Part shown: positions 61,272 to 64,000 of the stretch, in pieces | Position numbering within the stretch: position 1 is the first letter of the stretch | Layout of the letters: every line of letters begins with the position of its first letter | Assembly (NCBI RefSeq): GCF_006345805.1 | Contig: NC_043010.1 | Location: forward strand, 44,888,001-44,952,000 | Direction: 5' to 3' | Origin: Octopus sinensis | Taxonomy: Eukaryota | DNA length: 64,000 nt | Position numbers and translations under genes: made by a program | Notes under the pieces: generated by a model | What the model was told of the DNA's origin: nothing | The model's database searches: none | The model's input: the letters and a program-made list of their open reading frames with translations, nothing else

Positions 61272-62640
61272 TCAGTTTCCTTCCTGTCTCCTCAATGTAA
61301 ATTTCATTGCATTGTGGGCATTTGATGCAGTAGATGAGGGTTTTTTGTTTTGCAATTCATGTTTGCATTCATTTAATTCCTTCCCATTCTTGAACCTTTT
61401 GGTTGTTCCTTGCTCAATTAATTCACATGTTCCACAACGGGGGTCTTCACAGTTGGTTACTTGCATCATTTCTCTTTCAAATGTGAATCTCGCCTCTGTA
61501 AGAAGTCTCTTGAGGTTTGGTGGCTATCTTCGACTGTTGATAATTTGTGATTTTTTAATTACGTGTTGGAGATTTGGTAATTGATGTAGAATCAGGAGGT
61601 ATTATTTGGCTGAGTGTAGGATGTTGCGTTTTCTAGGACTGTGGGTAACCACAAATGGAATATCAGTATTTTTGTTTTCACACCTGAGTGTTTCTTCGTA
61701 AGGTAGAGATCAAGATTTTCTTTGCTTTTGTTATGACATGTTGAATTAGCTTGTTGGGGTATTTTGTTTCCGAAGGAATGTATTAATGGTATCTGTGACT
61801 ATTGAGCATATGCGTTTCGCCATATTAAACGGTAAGTTCCTTTTTGTATGGGAAGGGTGGTAAGATCTAAAATCTAAATATTGGTGCGTACCTGTATTCT
61901 TGAAGTAGAGATCAGTCGTAACTGCCCCATTTTCTTTAATTATCAGAATATCTAGAAAGAGTTCCTTTTCATTTATTTCCATAGTGAATTGGACTGAGAT
62001 ATGAATGCTATTTATTAATTTAAGAAATTTTGTGAAGCCCTCCTTATTTGGGTTCCAAAATATGAAGCAGTCATCTCAGAATCTTTTCCAGTTTCTTATA
62101 TGATAGGTTTGAAAGTGGTGTTCAAAAGCAGTTCTGGACAGGGTGTATATTGTTTCTTCTATGTATTCTATTACTAGTATGGCAAAACTTGGTGCGACTT
62201 TCGTTGCCATTGTTGTGCCTTGTATTTGTAGACAAAATTGATTATCAAAGTAGAAGTAGTTGTTTTCCAGTACTATCCGTAAACCTTCAAGTATAAATTC
62301 TTTTGAGAATCTCTCCAGATTTCTTTGTGGGTGTTTGCTTATCCAGAATTCTACTACTTTTAGCTCGTATACATGAGGGGTATTTGTGTAGAGACTAGTT
62401 ACGTCAAAGGAAATTAGTCCTATCTCTTTATCTACCCATTCTGTGATATAGTTTAAGAAGTTCATGTCATCTCTGATGAAACTAGGAACCAATCTGCATA
62501 AAGGTTTTAAAATTATGTCGAGTAAATTGCTTTATCTTTGGGTGCTGGATGATGGTCCTGCAACAATCGGATGCAACTTGAGATTAGTTAATTTAGGAAT
62601 CTCTATATATGGAGCCTATATTGTATTGCACACGCATTAG
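61272..62640 (-). mobile_element. Penelope-like element RT and start of the GIY-YIG linker, degraded
   Basis: PSFIRDD..FL, LISFDVTSLYTN, LENNYFYFD..FCLQIQGTTMATKVAPSFA, LFLDILI, TDLYFK.T.THQYLDFRSYHPSHTKRNLPF, CEDPRCGTC. Confidence 0.92.
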
Positions 62641-63267
62641 CCCAATCTGACCGAATGTTAAAGTCATCTTCTTTGTAATTATGCACTCTTGGTTTAGGTC
62701 GCATTGCGTCACGTCTTGATGAAATGATCCATGCTGTGCAAATTACACTCGGTAGACAGAAACTGCGCAGGAAGGTACATACTCTGTGATACTGATTTTG
62801 ACTGTGGAATGTCTGTGGAATTACCTTACATTCAGGAGAAGGTGATTCAGTTTATCAAGCAACTTAATCCTTCTCGTCGAACGAGGAAAAAGCTACCACA
62901 CACACGGGCACACGCACGCACGTACACAAGCATACATATAGACGCGCGCGCGCGCAGAATTATTTCAAAACTTACGATCAAATGCTCGGAGTTGCGAACA
63001 TGTTATGTATGATATGTATGATTTCGAGATCAATCCCAACTAATATACGGAAACCGTGAGGAAGTACGTGTTAATCATGCATACGTATATTCGTACACAT
63101 ATACAGACACATATGTTTACATGTCTAGGTGTATGTGTGCGTGCGTTCGCTTGTTTTTGTTTACGTAGAGAACACTGGAGTAAGCTTTACTGGGTTCGAT
63201 TTGTTCGACGAAAGCAATCAAGAGTGTGCCTCTGCATGGCCGCAGTCCTTTGACTGAACAAGTAAAA

Positions 63268-63310
<43 letters not shown>

Positions 63311-63612
63311 GCACGCACGCACGCACACACACACACGTATACATACATACATATATATATATAATATATATATTATATATATATATATATGCATATTTAT
63401 ATATATATATATATATTATATTATATATATATATATATGCATATATATATATATATATATGCATATATATATATATATATGCATATATATATGCATATAT
63501 ATATATATATATGCATATATATATATGCATATATATATATGCATATGTATATATACATATGTATATATACATATGTATATATATACATACATATATATAT
63601 ATATATGTGTGT

Positions 63613-63845
63613 GGAGGCGCAATGGCCCAGTGGTTAGGGCAGCGGACTCGCGGTCGTAGGATCGCGGTTTCGATTCCCAGACCGGGCGTTGTGTGTGTTT
63701 ATTGAGCGAAAACACCCAAAGCTCCACGGGGCTCCGGCAGGAGGTGGTGGCAATCCTGCTGTACTCTTTCGTCACAACTTTCTCTCCCTCTTTCTTCTGT
63801 TGGCCTGCTCGCTTAGCCAGCGGGGTGGCGTCATTTGTGAAAGCA
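63613..63845 (+). mobile_element. Third tRNA-derived SINE family copy
   Basis: ggaggcgcaatggcccagtggttagggcagcggactcgcgg..ggtttcgattccc; homologous to 8678-8880. Confidence 0.88.
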
Positions 63846-63904
63846 CATTGTGACCAGCGATGGTCGGTCACGGTGATCACGGTGATATATATATGTATGT
63901 ATAA

Positions 63905-63957
<53 letters not shown>

Positions 63958-64000
63958 TATATATATGTATATATACATATATTCATATAACATAATCTAT

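Overview
AT-rich, repeat-dominated animal DNA. The SINE families and microsatellite style point to a coleoid cephalopod, probably Octopus (inference). One host gene is present: an 8-exon + strand gene (CDS 23993-34629, 386 aa, assembled by hand from GT-AG exons in continuous frame) encoding signal peptide + three chitin-binding type-2 (CBM14/peritrophin-A-like) modules + a C-terminal laminin-G domain. This is a Pif/BMSP/LamG3-family matrix protein lacking the VWA domain and the acidic insert. The rest is mobile DNA: three tRNA-derived SINE families, Tx1/L1-clade LINE pieces (one ORF2 broken by a single stop, several ORF1-only HAL1-like units), R4/Dong-like, CR1/L2-like, RTE-like and Penelope-like fragments, two mariners with both TIRs, Helitrons, foldback elements and long microsatellites. 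The most notable signals are: (1) Tx1-type ORF1-only elements landing at the same nucleotide inside a SINE tRNA head; (2) a SINE carrying the Tx1 LINE 3' end that repeatedly inserts into its own family's head at a fixed site; (3) a palindromic, TSD-flanked, tRNA-headed element carrying hammerhead ribozyme motifs in an intron of the host gene, plus a second hammerhead-bearing unit with direct repeats. No CRISPR array, rRNA or bona fide tRNA gene was seen. All alignments were done by eye; ends of degraded repeats are approximate.
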